Shown: piece after piece, positions 24,701-37,334 of the stretch | How the letters are laid out: every line of letters begins with the position of its first letter | Position numbering within the stretch: the first letter of the stretch is position 1 | From: Ionaspis alba | Lineage: Eukaryota | Reading direction: 5' to 3' | DNA length: 64,000 nucleotides | Assembly: GCA_964255285.1 (NCBI GenBank) | Contig: CAXUUL010000018.1 | Coordinates: forward strand, 1 to 64,000 | Position numbers and translations under genes: made by a program | Notes under the pieces: model-generated | What the model was told of the DNA's origin: nothing | What the model saw: the letters and a program-made list of their open reading frames with translations, nothing else | Database searches by the model: none

Positions 24701-25313
24701 AGCTCGCGGATATCTTTGACGTCGTTGCACTTCTCGATTGCATTACCTTCTTCTTGTCGAGTAGAGTCTTGAGTCGAAGTTTGAGCTGGAACTCGTGAGC
24801 CATAGCGCGGGTTCATTTGAGGACATAGCAGACCTCGGCCTCCTTCTGGAGATAAAAGGCGTTGACCTTTTCAAGCTCCCGCTCCTGAACGAGTAGTCAG
24901 TCGAGCGCACTATGCCAAGTTTCTGAGTTATACCTCACCAGACGGAAGAAGAAAGTTGCCTTGTTGGCTTGAAGCGACGTCTGCGGGTCAAGGACCTCAA
25001 GCGGAGGATGGGGAGCATTCTGAGCGAGGAGTGTGGGTGTTGCACTCAGTTGCTTGATGAGCTGTCTTGCGTATCAGCGTAAACACATGGACAGAATATT
25101 CGCTATCATCAACCTTCTTGAGCGCCTTGTAATTCACAAAGCTTGCCCCATATTCAGGTATGTCCAGTTGACGCTTCTGCAAGTGTTTCCCGAACTTCCT
25201 ACATCGGTGACAATAGGTCAGACCCCGTCGTCCTCTTTGCAGCGCAACGTGAAAGAAACGCACGTAGTAATGTCTTCGGCCTGAGCTCGAAAGCAGAAAA
25301 CAGAGACCTACAT
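21748..25313 (-). CDS. pho81: SPX-ankyrin-GDPD-like CDK inhibitor Pho81/Nuc-2, multi-exon
   Basis: SPX start (M)KFGKHLQKRQLDIPEYGASFVNYKALKK; ankyrin repeats (GRIPLHYACMHG, WTPLFHAASEG); PPPIIPFRRYGHNFLD; C-terminus GVLRFNETIDM*. Confidence 0.95.
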
Positions 25314-26188
25314 TTTTAGAGATAGAAGAAGAAGTAGCAAAAAGGCAATCCTTGCAGGGTATCTGCAGGATTGCCAGAGATTTGATGGAGAAGAGCAAGC
25401 AGAACAGTTGAGGAGAGATTGAAACCACAGGTCAAGGTCACGCTACAATCACATGCACCTCCCCACCACTACACATCTGCCTAGATGACATTGTGGGGTC
25501 CTCGCCGTGGCCATGGCGCTGGCTGATGCTTGCTGGGTAACTCGTTGACATGCATTGGTACCTTGTCAACGTCTAGCTATGCGGCCTGCCGCTCTACGAG
25601 TACGCCAATCGCTTGACCAGGAGCATGGAGACACAGAGTCGCTGGATGTGATAGGGTAAGATGACGGTTGTGATGTTTATCTGGGGTGTGAGAAGTGTTA
25701 AAAGAACCAATAGCCAACGAGGACGGAAGCACGTTGTGGATAGTTTCTGCCGGGAGCTAGAACCCCCTTGGCAATTTTATATGTAGTGGCATACAGCGTT
25801 CATTTAAGCGCACAACTTGCTACTGAAATCTTGATAGCGGATTTGATTTTGACAATATCCATACTATATACAGGTTCATTCCAACCTAATATCAACCAGA
25901 TGCTCCGCGGGTAAAGGTTTCTTTCGTGTACAAACATACCCCAGATACCACCCACCCGAAGCTCCTCACAAACAAGCCCCAGACGTGAAAGCAACAAAAT
26001 GGAACAGATGTCGGAATTTAGTCGAGAAGGAAACGACAGATCTTCACCGCCGGAAACGATGGTTTTGATTAGTACAGAATAATGCCGGGAAAAATTCGTC
26101 GAAATTCGAAGACCATGCGGCAAAACGAGCCTGGCCAAAGTGGGTGGATATTCGCAAGATGACAAAGGGGAAAGAATCAGATGCGCAA

Positions 26189-27470
26189 TCAGAAGTTCTG
26201 GGCAATCCCAGCATTGCCTTGATGAGGAATAACAGAGGGATTTTCGATCCGAGTGTTCCTCTTGGCTTGAACGTCGCGGATCACAGGCTGGCCGCCTCCA
26301 TATGATCCGTCTCCGTAAGGCCCATGCTGGGGCATGCCTTCGTCGTAGTAATTGGGGTCGTTATAATACTGTGGTGATGATATGGCGTGTGGAGGTCCTT
26401 CGTTCGAAGCTTCCGATCGGTTGGCCCCTGAGTACGCAGACGATGCATTCGACGGGCCGCGGTTGATGCCCCGGTCTGAGCGACCACCCATCGCTACAGG
26501 AGCAGCACCCAAGGCTCCAATTGTCTCGGAACCTGTTGAGGTTGGCCGACCGACCAGTGGGTCTCCAGATTGTACGTCAGAGTTGTGGCCTGTCGTTGTG
26601 GCAGTCGTTGGCGAATGTGCTTGATATCCACCAGGGTTGCTACCGCTATCGGATCTTGCCATTCCTATTGGACCGTTCCCGCTTGACAATGTGGTGGATG
26701 GGTTTCGGGCACTTGTAGTTGTTCCCCATCCTCGATATCCTGCACCGTCCGTTTCTCTCATCTCAGATGGCTCGTCGCCATGACTGCTGACTCCTCCCAC
26801 TACAACCGGAAGGGTCGGATCATTGTTGGGATTGAACCCGTATTCCTCCACTTCCTTCCTACGAAGCTCTTCTGCGTCTTTCCGTTGCTTCCGTCTCCGC
26901 CATAGAAATAGTAGAGCGAAAACTATGAGTGCTACAGCAACGAGCGGTACGACAACGGCAACAGCGATCTTGCCACCTGCCGATAAGCCGCCATTAGATT
27001 GATCCGCTGCGTTGGTGGAGTCTAATGCTGCAGCTCCAGATGTGGTTGATGTTGTAGCGCTTGTGGTCTTGGACGAGGTTTCAACTTGTGGAGGGTATGT
27101 CTGAACAGGCGCGGTGGAGGTGATTACTACGACAGTTGGTGGTGCTCCAGGACTTGTGGGTGTCTGTGTGACAACCGAAGTGATGACATTTGGTGTTACT
27201 GGTGTTGAAGGAGGTACTTGTGTGGATGGTGGTACTGTCGACACTGGTGTAGTAGAGACAACTGCAGAAGTGACGGCAGCACTTGAGCTGGGTGGCGGTG
27301 GGGTGAAGGTAGAAATAGATGTGGCGGTCGAGAAGACTGTTGAAGGAGGGAGAGTAGTCGCAGGAGGAGGTGAAAAGGACGGAGTAGTCACGACTGCTGC
27401 AAATAGACTTTGTTTAGCATATGAGACAGGACTGGACGAGGAAAAGTTATTTACCAGTGCTGTTAGACAT
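26189..27470 (-). CDS. Ser/Thr-rich single-pass membrane protein (Mid2/Wsc-like sensor architecture), 2 exons
   Basis: Exon 1 MSNST, intron 27454-27397, S/T/P-rich ectodomain, TM GLSAGGKIAVAVVVPLVAVALIVFALLFLW followed by RRRK, conserved-looking tail PVIRDVQAKRNTRIE..GIAQNF. Confidence 0.88.
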
Positions 27471-28634
27471 AGTTTAGCAACTTGTTGTCGTGTTCAAGGA
27501 AATGAATTGCAAAAAGCTGAGCTCGTAGTGCGTGACCCGGACAACGAGTATGTTGGATTTGGCCGAGAAGAGGACTGGTAGAACCGACAGGCCGGAGGGA
27601 AGTAGAAGCAAACAGGAACGACAGCAAGTCAATGCGTCTCCCTATGGTAATGCAAGCTGATGGAGTCGCGGATCGTCAGGGCTGAATTATGAATGACTGG
27701 TTGTTGGTGCTCCAGAAGTCGCGAAGCGTTTCACGATTCTGGTGTGACTCTGCGATGCCTTTCCCATCCGACCCAACGACGCGATGTCTGAAGACTGAGC
27801 CGGTAGCGAAACACAACTATCAGAGAGCCCAGAGTGCAATGAAGGAACGAAGACTGCGAGCACGATGATCTGTGTGGCAAAGGATGGAGAGGGTCGGCCA
27901 GTATTGATGGGATGGATTATTGGGAACAGGATAAGCTGAATCGTGGAGGTGTCAAGCCAGCCTCAAGAGAAAGCATGAAATTCAGGGTGAGTTCAGGAGG
28001 GCCAAGGCGCTAAATCGCCATGCTAAAGATAGTAAGGATTAGCGTAGCAAATCTACCAAGTCTCCACATCACCACCCACCAGGAGCGGAACATGAAATTA
28101 AACAATAATCCTAGCGGCAGATGGACCGTTGATCATTGTATGTGTAGTGGGAACAGAGAAAATTGTCGGGGAAGCGTTATTGTCGAGATTCTTTTGAGGC
28201 ACTGGAGGCATGTACCACTGCTAATGACCCAGAAGTTATTCTACAATATTGTATTCTGACTGTCAGCTAGATACACGTAAGATTTTCAGCAATCCTCGTG
28301 TACATGAATAAGAGCTTTCTGACAGTAACTTCGTGAACATCGATCTTTTTTCAAGAGAAATATTAATAATGATCGACTCCTTATCTGACTCTCTATCTTC
28401 AACCATCCACCTACCAGGACAATTGATTAATCTATACAATGTCTTCGCATAGTTGCAAGGGGTACCTTTACCTTGAGCTTGGCGGGCCATCCTCGCCCAG
28501 CGAACGCTCGTATACTGTAGCGGACTCTCCCATATCATACAGCCTCTAAGGCTGATGCTGTAACTCTTCATATTGAAACAGAGGGCGACCCCTCTAAGCT
28601 ACCAAGTCTATGTTGCCAGTGTCACCGCACTATA

Positions 28635-29600
28635 TCACGCTGTTGCTCTTAATTCTTCAGTTCCAATTTTCTCCATTGCACTCATGTCAGGCATCTCTGG
28701 CCAAGGCTTTTTCAAGGCATCTTGCAGTTGAACAAGACACCCATCCGGACCAGGGATACAACCTGCCAGCCACAAGTCAGTTCAATAATACCTCATCTTC
28801 AGACCATATCGAAACTTACCATTCAAAATCACCAGTCCATTTGGTTCGTCCACCTTCAGCACCTTGACATTCTGCACCGTAACCCTCTGCCCACCCATTC
28901 TTCCCGCCATCTTTTTGCCTGGCAACACTCTACTCCCACCTCCTTGACTCTGTCCAGCACTCCCCATACTCCGATGTGTCAAACTAACACCATGACTCGC
29001 CGGCTGTCCTCCAAATCCCCACCTCTTCATGCCTCCTGCAAATCCCATACCCCTACAATTAGCCCTCGCATCCACGAACTGCCCTTCCCGGAACCAGCCA
29101 GCTGTGATCATCTTCCCGATTCCCAAGAGTCCGCTCTCATCCCGTACTTTGAACTCCACCAGGTGCCGCTTTGGCGAAACCCCATGCTCTGCATAGTGCC
29201 CTAATAGCGGGCGCGTCACATTGCTGGGATGTTTCCATCCACATCCTACCTGCACTGCGTAGTAGCCGTTGCGCTTCCGTGTCTTGTGCGCGACAACTTG
29301 CGTTCGGTCCAATTGCACAACTGTGCAAGCGTATCGGCGGCCACTTTCGGGATCGTAGATGGCGGACATCCCTTTCTTTATGCCGAGAGCACCGGTACGT
29401 GGTGGAAGCGTATAGGCTTTCCGTTCGAGCGCTGCAGCGGTTGTGGATTCGAGAAGAGGGAGTTCTTTGCTGCGATTGAAGCGGTTTGGTCGTGGAGGAG
29501 CGATCGAGCGGATTGTGCGAGTGGTGGCATTGTGGAGAGTAAAGCGAGGGAGGAGGAACGGTGGAGGAAAGGAAGTGAACGGAGTGAGCTTAGGAGGCAT
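28635..29600 (-). CDS. mrpl9: Mitochondrial ribosomal protein uL3m, 2 exons
   Basis: RTGALGIKKGM, GMGFAGGMKRWGFGGQPASHGVSLTHRSMGS, GKKMAGRMGG. Second exon GCIPGPDGCLVQLQDALKKPWP ends at 28635. Confidence 0.96.
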
Positions 29601-30200
29601 GGTGGTCGTTGTTGTTGCTGATTCAATTGCCCTACTGGTTCAAAAGAGCTTGGACTTCTCGAAAAGCAGAAGGGCTGCATGACTAAGCGGGCTTGGCATT
29701 GATTCGCTCTCTTAGTGCTTTTAGTGCTACAGATTATAGGACGAATACTAGTATCAACAACAGCCTCAGGGCACATGGCCCTCCGGAGAAAGCTAGGAGC
29801 TGTGCTTTGAAGCTAACAATTTGAATCTACGAGGGACGCGTCGTGATCGTTGGTTCTGAGAATTTTTTCGGCGCCTTTACAGACTTTGGAAGGAAAGGAC
29901 TCCCTGCGAGTCTCGCGCACTAACCACAAAATCATGAACGAGGACATACCAAAACTGTGCAATGTAGCACAGCGCGTTTTCTGAGAGCTGGCACTTATGG
30001 ACAGGAGTATGGACAGTGTATTTGTGGTAACAGAAGGTCCTCTTAGAAATCGATTGAATGAATATTGAGCGCTTCGCATGCGGAACCATTTATTCACATG
30101 AATAGAGCGAATAGAGCTGGTAGTGACGAGGGCTCGACCATTGCAGACACGAGGCGGTCTCTGGAATTGGTCCATTTCTAAGGAGATGAGACGGCGGATT

Positions 30201-30862
30201 CTATCCAGTGACCCCTTCTGTCTTAGCCTCTGCTTGCAATGCCGTATTCATGAATGGGTCCGCTCTTTGCTCTTCCAACAATTGAATAACCCTCCCATCC
30301 TCAGTTTCTAAACTCCACTCCTGTGTCTCAAACTTGCGAGGGGTCAGCAAGCGCATTCAGATCTTACCGCAGCAGGAAAGAGACATGGCAGACTGACATT
30401 GCCCAGCCTCGTCCTCCTCACACTCCTGAATCGCATCCATCCCTTCCCCTTCCGTCCTTTGACGCCAAATTTGATATCAATGCGCCCATGCAATTGATTC
30501 ATTTCGCCCCATATCCACGGGAATTTGTCTCTGAAGTAGATCTCATCTCCCAGCACCTCTCGTGCACGTGGCGATGTGCGTAAAGCATAGAGGGTTGCGT
30601 TGACAATCGAGGAAGAGGATTTCTGGTAGTTAAAAATGGCGAGTGTGGAAGCACCAAGAATGGCAAAGAATATGGGAAGGGTTTTCAACCAGCGTCTCGA
30701 AGGAGATGTGAGTTCTGGGAGTTCTCGATCAGGACGACGGCTCATTAGAGGCCCAGAATCTGGTTTAGGAGGCGCGATGAGTGTTCGGCGGTTGCAGATA
30801 GAGGGCTCATAGAAGCGCAAAGATCGAGCAGAAGTGATTGGTCGTAGAGTGCTTCGCATCAT
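30201..30862 (-). CDS. coa1: Cytochrome c oxidase assembly factor Coa1-family protein, 2 exons
   Basis: FNYQKSSSSIVNATLYALRTSPRAREVLGDEI..PWIWGEMNQLHGRIDIKFGVKG; exon 2 FETQEWSLETEDG..LLE ends at TAG 30201. Confidence 0.9.
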
Positions 30863-31048
30863 TTTTACTTTGTTGACGAAATCAGTGGTGAATGAAAGCC
30901 CCAGCATAGGAGACCTAGGTGGTGATGGTTGATAGCCGGCTAAAGATGCCGTGAAATTTCTTGAAGGTAGGTGAAGGCGAGGCGTGTCACGGGTCCCTCT
31001 TTTCGAACTGTTTGGATGCCTTGATACAAGTATACGCGGGACGAAGTA

Positions 31049-31785
31049 ATGGCGACTACAAGACTACGGAAGTCATTTCAGTATCCGGCAGATGACAGTG
31101 ATGAGGACGAAGCTCCTCTGGCTATGGATGAGGAGGGTGCGAGTTTGAAATGCTCATCTTGAGCCCGACACTACTAATGCCTGTACAGAGCAGGAAAAGC
31201 TAATCACCAAGTTGAAAGAAGAAAATGCAGAGCGCAACGAAGAATACCTGGTAACACTACAGCCGTAATGTCTAAAGCGACCTGTGTAATGACCGAGAGC
31301 ACCAGAGAATCTTTCTTGCAATTCCAATGATATCGCTCATGACCTATCTTCCAGCCATTCTTACCTCACGTTCCACGCAAGCGAAACTTGTCTCCTTCCT
31401 CAACATGACCTCCCTACTCGCAACGGCATACATCCTCGTCTTTATCTCGACGAAAAAGCGGGATATGTTCAAGGGCAAGCGCGCCTTGACCCCATTACAA
31501 GAGGAAGCGAGACCTGTCCATCGCTACCTGCCGTACCTCAACGGTGCACTGAGTTTCTTGCTTGCGGTAAATGCAATTGCTTGGCGAGAAAGAAAGGGAG
31601 TCCATGAAGGATTCTGGGTCCTATGTTTGCTGCCAGCAGGTACGATTGTCGTAGTCACTAATCGACTACTGATGCTGAACTCCAGAATAGTTGTATTCTC
31701 TGTCATCGTGCTAGCAAAGAAGATCATGCTGGAGGTCGACGTCTCGGAGCTGGAGAGTTTGAAGTACCGGTACAAAGGCGCTTAA
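31049..31785 (+). CDS. Conserved fungal multi-pass membrane protein of unknown function, multi-exon
   Basis: MATTRLRKSFQYPADD..MDEE/EQEKLITKL.. plus hydrophobic helices; ends VDVSELESLKYRYKGA*. Canonical introns. Confidence 0.82.
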
Positions 31786-31873
31786 ATCCACGAACGTATC
31801 CAGAAGTCGCCGAGTTTGGGAATGTCGCGAGACTTGGGAGTCGTCTTGTGCAGAGTTCACGTCATGCCGTAGG

Positions 31874-32320
31874 TCATTTTAAGCACATGTCCATGCTCTC
31901 GTTAAGCATTCTCAGAGTAGACTCATATTGAAGGAATCCTTGTTTTCGAATCGCTATAGTACCAGGCGTGCTGTATCTCATTCTACGATACATCAGCTAT
32001 GCAAACGATATGCATCCCCAAACGGATGCAAGTACTGACTGAGGATGTGTAATCATATTCGCTTTCTCCCACCATCGTACGAATAACAGACTTTTGAGAA
32101 TACGATGTTCAAGACCTTTGACTTTGGCTGCGTTCTGCAAAAATAAAATAGTATTCCCGATCTTTTTGGCATTGAAGTTCGAAGGTGGGTCTGTCCGGAA
32201 GGCATTGCTAAGAGTATCCCTTAGTGTGTATCGTGAAGGTTTCGAGTATTGAACGGCTTGAAGACCGTAACGATAGAGGCTTCGGTAGGCTAGAATAACG
32301 GTAGATTGGTCAGGTACCAT
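31874..32320 (-). CDS. DUF1763 (LYR-like) probable mitochondrial protein, 2 exons
   Basis: VILAYRSLYRYGLQAVQYSKPSRYTLRD...NTILFLQNAA...LEHRILKSLL; second exon ends TLRMLNESMDMCLK*. Confidence 0.85.
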
Positions 32321-32324
32321 ATGG

Positions 32325-32370
32325 GATGATTTCTTGAAAGAGGATGATTTCCTGAAAGAGGATGCTTTCC
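32325..32370. repeat. 18-nt tandem repeat (~2.5 copies of GATGATTTCYTGAAAGAG)
   Basis: Read directly, immediately 5' of the DUF1763 ATG. Confidence 0.8.
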
Positions 32371-32853
32371 CATATGTATGCACAAGCGCTGATGCGTGTC
32401 TCAACTTGCCGTCATGAAGGCTCTAGTCTTGGCTCGAACGTGCTAACCCGAAGGGGAACGGAACATATCGATATGCGCTAGGAGCTTCTAAGGCTTGCCT
32501 CATTTCCAACCTTGTGACAACTACTCCCTTTCATCAGCACTGAATATATATCTCATCCGCCTTTCGACGAACGTGGTACCGCAAGAATTTGTATCTACCA
32601 AACTTGGGCCTGAACAGATCGGCCTCTGCTTGATCTGCACACACAACGTTTTCCGTTGTCAGCTCTGTGTCATCAGTGTTTCGTCTTACAGGAGTCCTTC
32701 TGACAACATGCTTCTGCATGCCAGAAAGTCGTTTCTATGAGCTAGAGACAGCATGACATGTATATGCGTGATGAATTATTGTCGCTAACGAAGCAGGCGC
32801 CATGATTGTGTGGAAGACATATATCTTGAGCTGTAGCTAAAACAATTTAAGCT

Positions 32854-35800
32854 ATGCCTCGAGTACAACATACTCGGGCTACATCGGCAGCTCCAGCTGC
32901 CAAACGCTTCAAGCAACTAACAAGTAGTAAGCCAGGTTATACAGTCGTGAAAGAAACAATTTTACAGCACAAGAAGAAATTGAGGCTAGGGGTTTGTCCC
33001 TCAGCCATGGGCTATTCTATTGCAGACGAACTATTCTAACCATCCCATCTCGTCAATTCAGGGATCGTACCAAGTCAAGGCTCCCCCAGGTTACACGTTC
33101 ATAGCCGCTGGTAACCCAGAGTTCACGGCCAAATGTAAGGAATTCGCAAGAAAGGATGGGGCGATGGTCTTGGCTGTCTCGGTATGCCCTCTCAAACAAC
33201 CCTCACAAAAGATGTCGTCACTGAATAGGACTTAGACATCGAGACACCGTCACAGTGATCTATCCAAACAGGTGCATCGAGTAGGATGTCACTTCCCTAG
33301 CACCATTGTGTCCCGTGCTTGCAGTGTCCTTGGAGTTCAGCTGGATTCCCTTGGCCACGTAATCCCTTTCCAAGGGTACAGAGCTGGTGCTCAACCCAAT
33401 GGCCGCCATAGCCACACCATATCTTCATCGCAAAACGCACCCCAACAGCCTCCGCACTCCCAAGCTGAAATCAACAAGCAAGCTGAGGACTTTATCGTAG
33501 ATCTTTTCCCTGGAATTCCTCGTAACGATTTGCGAAAAATTGTGAATCACGCTTTCGAATTGGTACGTCACTTCCACATTGCCGCTCGAGATGCTGATGG
33601 CAGTCTAGGGGAAGGATCGTGTGGGTACGGCATCTGAGCTCTCACTGCCAAAGCGTGTTCAGCTCGCCGTTGTTGCTCATATCCGCCATGTCTACACAGA
33701 CTACGATAAGTTGCTCAAGAAGGTGCCTTATCAGCAAGCAAGAGCGATGGTGGAGCAGCCATCTCTCGATAAAATGGCTCAGTGGAGAGGCGATAATGAC
33801 GACGATCCGAATGCGATGGTAGCGATTTTGGAAGATGTCATCGTCATACCTGATGATGATGAGGACGAAATAATTTCCCGAACTGGTTCAGGCATGCCAG
33901 ATCTCATTGGGCGTCATGCAAGCGTAGAGCCTACCTCTAATCGTGACCTTGTCGATGAATATGAGACTCGCCCGATTGACTATGGATCATCTCAGGCCAC
34001 TATGGGTCGGGCTGATAGCCCCGATACCGATGAGCACGAGGGCATATCCTTGGGTGACGGACAGTATTTTCTGGATAAATATGATCCGTCGAGACGGGAT
34101 CGCGAGGGAGCCCGCCGGCGGCAAGCTTGGGAAGAAGCCCGAGGCCGTCTACGCCAGCCCCATGTTGACCAGCGAAAAGAGAACGGAATGCGGCCCGTAC
34201 GAAATATACAATCTCATGGTGTCGAGTCTCGTGACTTCCATACTGTATCCTCTGGAAGACAGGACATCATCTATATTGATGAACGACCGCAATTGGAAAC
34301 CGGAACTGGGCCATCGAAACAACATGAGTCCATCAAGCTTCGACAACAAAATCTGCCCGAACACAGACAGGTAAGTCAAGAGCCTATCATGATGAGCATC
34401 GTGTGGAATCAGAATCCTTCACAATGCGTTCACGTTGGTCATGCTGAATAAATCAAGTCTCAACTTCAACACCAACACCAACACCAACTACACCCCATCC
34501 TGATCTCTTCTAGCCCGATCAAAACTCAACGGCAGCCCACGCCGCACGCGTCTGGTCAGTATTCTCTCGAAACTCGAGGCACCATCCCATCAGATAGATA
34601 CAGATTTTCGGACAAGGCAAGATCAAGCCTCGTGCGCCTTTCTGCTCCCACCGTTCATCGCCAAAGGCCGGAGCAGCATGAAATTCTTGATCAAACTCTG
34701 CCTCGTCCACATGTTGAGAGGGTCTTCGAATCTATTGAGAGTCCTACCCGAGGCAGACATGGTAAGGTAGTTTCAGAGAAATCCCCCAGAAGCCCAACTG
34801 TCCAGAACTTCAGACTCGGTGGAAGCCAATATATTCATGAGCATCCACAGCGGATGATGGTATACGAAGTCGACGAGAACCAGGAGCTTCCCGACCAGAG
34901 AGATGGTGGAATCCTCGAGGGACAGCACCACTACCGTCATGCAAGGCGCCATGATCCTCAAAGATCAATTCTCATTCCTATAGGTACCCATGAACATCCT
35001 GCGCAGACGGCGTACCGACCTGTGATAATCCGGCACGACGACGGGCTGCAGGCTTCTGCTCCAGATCGCGAGCGAGATCTTCATCAGCTTACAAAGGTGA
35101 TTCCGAGAACTCAGGCACAGCAAGACGCTGCAATCCTGAATTCTGAGAACCGGTTACCTGTCTTCCCAGTGTCTTCGTATCCTTCACAGGTCTTTCTGTC
35201 TCCGTTTGAGTCGCGTTCTCATACTATTCCTTCTCGCGTCGCTTCGCAACAAGTCTCACAAAACCAGAATCGTGTTGTTGACTGCTCTCGTATAACGAGT
35301 GATCACCAATATGAAGCCATGGCTCCATATGTTTCTTTGCCCGATAATGGTTCTGAACCTAAATACTATGTTCCCCTTCATTCGAAAGGAATTGAAAAGG
35401 TTGAATCGGGTGCGAGTCAGCATGTTTCTCGTCAGGCACCACGCTTTGATCAAGTCTCGCAATTGTCGCGGCCCTCATTTGATAGCACTTCTGGAGTTTT
35501 GGCTCAGCGCGAAGACAATCCTAGGGCGCCTTACTACCTCATTTTGGACGAGAGTTCACAGGTGACTAAATCGGCGGGACGAAGGGCCTACGTTCCGCTT
35601 GAAAGCACATCGAGTAAAGTGCGATGGCCTGTAGAGCCCATTTTGCTTCAGCAAAGTGCATCAGCCAAGACGGCCTCACAGGCTCCTTATCCTGAGAGTC
35701 AAGGTGTTGAATCTCGAGGCATGGCAGCTAAACTACCCAGGGAAAACGTTCCCCCGGGATTATACACGATGCCAAACCGACTTTCTCGAGGCCGGATTCA

Positions 35801-36061
35801 GGACCATGAAGAACGGTGTGCTTGCGATCGAAGATTTGACTGTAGTGAAACGAACGCTAACTCCTGTCTAGGACAATTAGCCTTGCGCGTCCTGTGAACC
35901 AGCTTCACTCCCAACATGCTACTGCCGACCAAGTAATTCAATACAGCGACGAAGATCACAAGCTGAAGACACGGGCACAGTCACACGGAAATCCATATGT
36001 TCGTGGATCTCAGAGCTTCTATGACAAGCACACCGGAAGACAGGTAATTGTGCTGGAATAG
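32854..36061 (+). CDS. DUF2293-domain protein with long disordered C-terminus, multi-exon
   Basis: PPGYTFIAAGNP..CK; IVDLFPGIP...HAF/GKDRVGTA..LPKRVQLAVVAHIRHVYTDYDKLL..ARAMVE..WRG. Introns 34371-34457 and ~35816-35870 restore the frame to RQVIVLE* at 36061. Confidence 0.88.
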
Positions 36062-37126
36062 TCGCTATCGCATCGGCTTCATGTGTCCTCAAGATCCGCA
36101 TCTCCGCAAAACCGGATTCTCTTTTGTCATGTACAGACCTGGGCGGCTATCGGTGAAGACTTGAGGAGGCTGTGTACATTTAGGTACATCGATGCATGGC
36201 GATCAATGGCATTTTCTTGCATTTGGGATTTGGGATTTGCATTGAGCGGCTTTCGACGGACCGCAATGTACATAGGTGTTTTGCATTGGATGGCTTTCGA
36301 GAGTTCGGCATACGCTATCTGTACTCGCATAGAGAGGATGGTCTAAAATAGTATTATATATCGGCACGAGTACTCGTGCTTCCCAAAGGGTTTCTCTCTT
36401 CGGGGCCGTATCGTGGGAAACAGAGACGCACCTCCACAGGCTAAATAGAACAAAGACCACTTTCAGAATTATAACTGCAAATGCCTTTCATGAATCAACT
36501 AAAATTACTATGTTTATCCCCATGCTAGACCTCGTATGTAGGCATTTCAGCTCAGGGTGACTGAATTGTATCCTCACGGTCCACAATGTGTATCCTTCAC
36601 GAGGATTGCAAAAGCAGCGCTCGGATCATGAGCAAGGATGCTTAGGCGAACGTTTGCCTTATGTCATGAGCCGAAAGTGGCATACGTCAGGATAAAGGTA
36701 GCTCCGGTGGATGAGCAAGGGTGTTTGACCCTGAGGGGAGAAAGGCCCCAACGCTGTTGTTGCTGAAGGACCGAAGTTGTCCCTCTCCTCTTTGGCAGCG
36801 TGCTGCTGTTCATCCCAATCCCCCTCTCCTCTGGTACTCTCTCGTTCAACTATATATTCAAGACCTCTTCTCCATTCACTCCGGTCTCTTTTAGATAGAT
36901 CCAATCACACCGCCCCGCTTGATTTCCCTATTAATTGGTGCAGAACACCCCTCTGCACCCCGCCTTGTCAACTATCCAGAGCAAAACTGACCTCCACCCA
37001 CCATACGGAGTCCATCACCACGTTACCCTAAGCACATCTCCCTCCTGGAGCTCTGGTGTCACTGGCAGACTCCCTTCTTCTCATTGCAGCCAAGTCCTTG
37101 TATCAAGCAGCTTCTGTTGCCTGTTG

Positions 37127-37198
37127 ATGGTCCCCTCAATGGACTACGACTGGAACTTCACATGTTCTCCGCCGTGTCAGGGACTCCGGCCTTCATAG
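37127..37198 (+). other. uORF MVPSMDYDWNFTCSPPCQGLRPS* (Pro-Ser-stop) upstream of the mitochondrial carrier
   Basis: ATGs at 37127 and 37139; ends CCT TCA TAG at 37198, 136 nt before the carrier ATG. Confidence 0.5.
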
Positions 37199-37334
37199 AG
37201 CCCACTCACACTGCGGAACCGCTACGCCAAAAACGAAGTCTGCGCTGAGGAATATACCCGCGCCGAGAAATACTGAAAGGAGAGAGGAATCCTCGCGCTG
37301 AGATATACACCATAGTGCGGTCTCAATCGCACTA

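Noticed and set aside
25730..25735. CACGTT Pho4/Nuc-1-type site upstream of pho81
   Set aside because: A single 6-mer about 420 nt upstream, not distinguishable from chance without conservation data.
32768..32835. C/D snoRNA suggested by GTGATGA
   Set aside because: No canonical terminal CTGA box or recognisable rRNA guide; the nearby GCTAAC..CAG fits a 5'-UTR intron end better.
37241..37320. TPP riboswitch suggested by GCTGAG..ATAC motifs
   Set aside because: The downstream ACYTGAT..GRTAAT..GCG half of the aptamer is absent.
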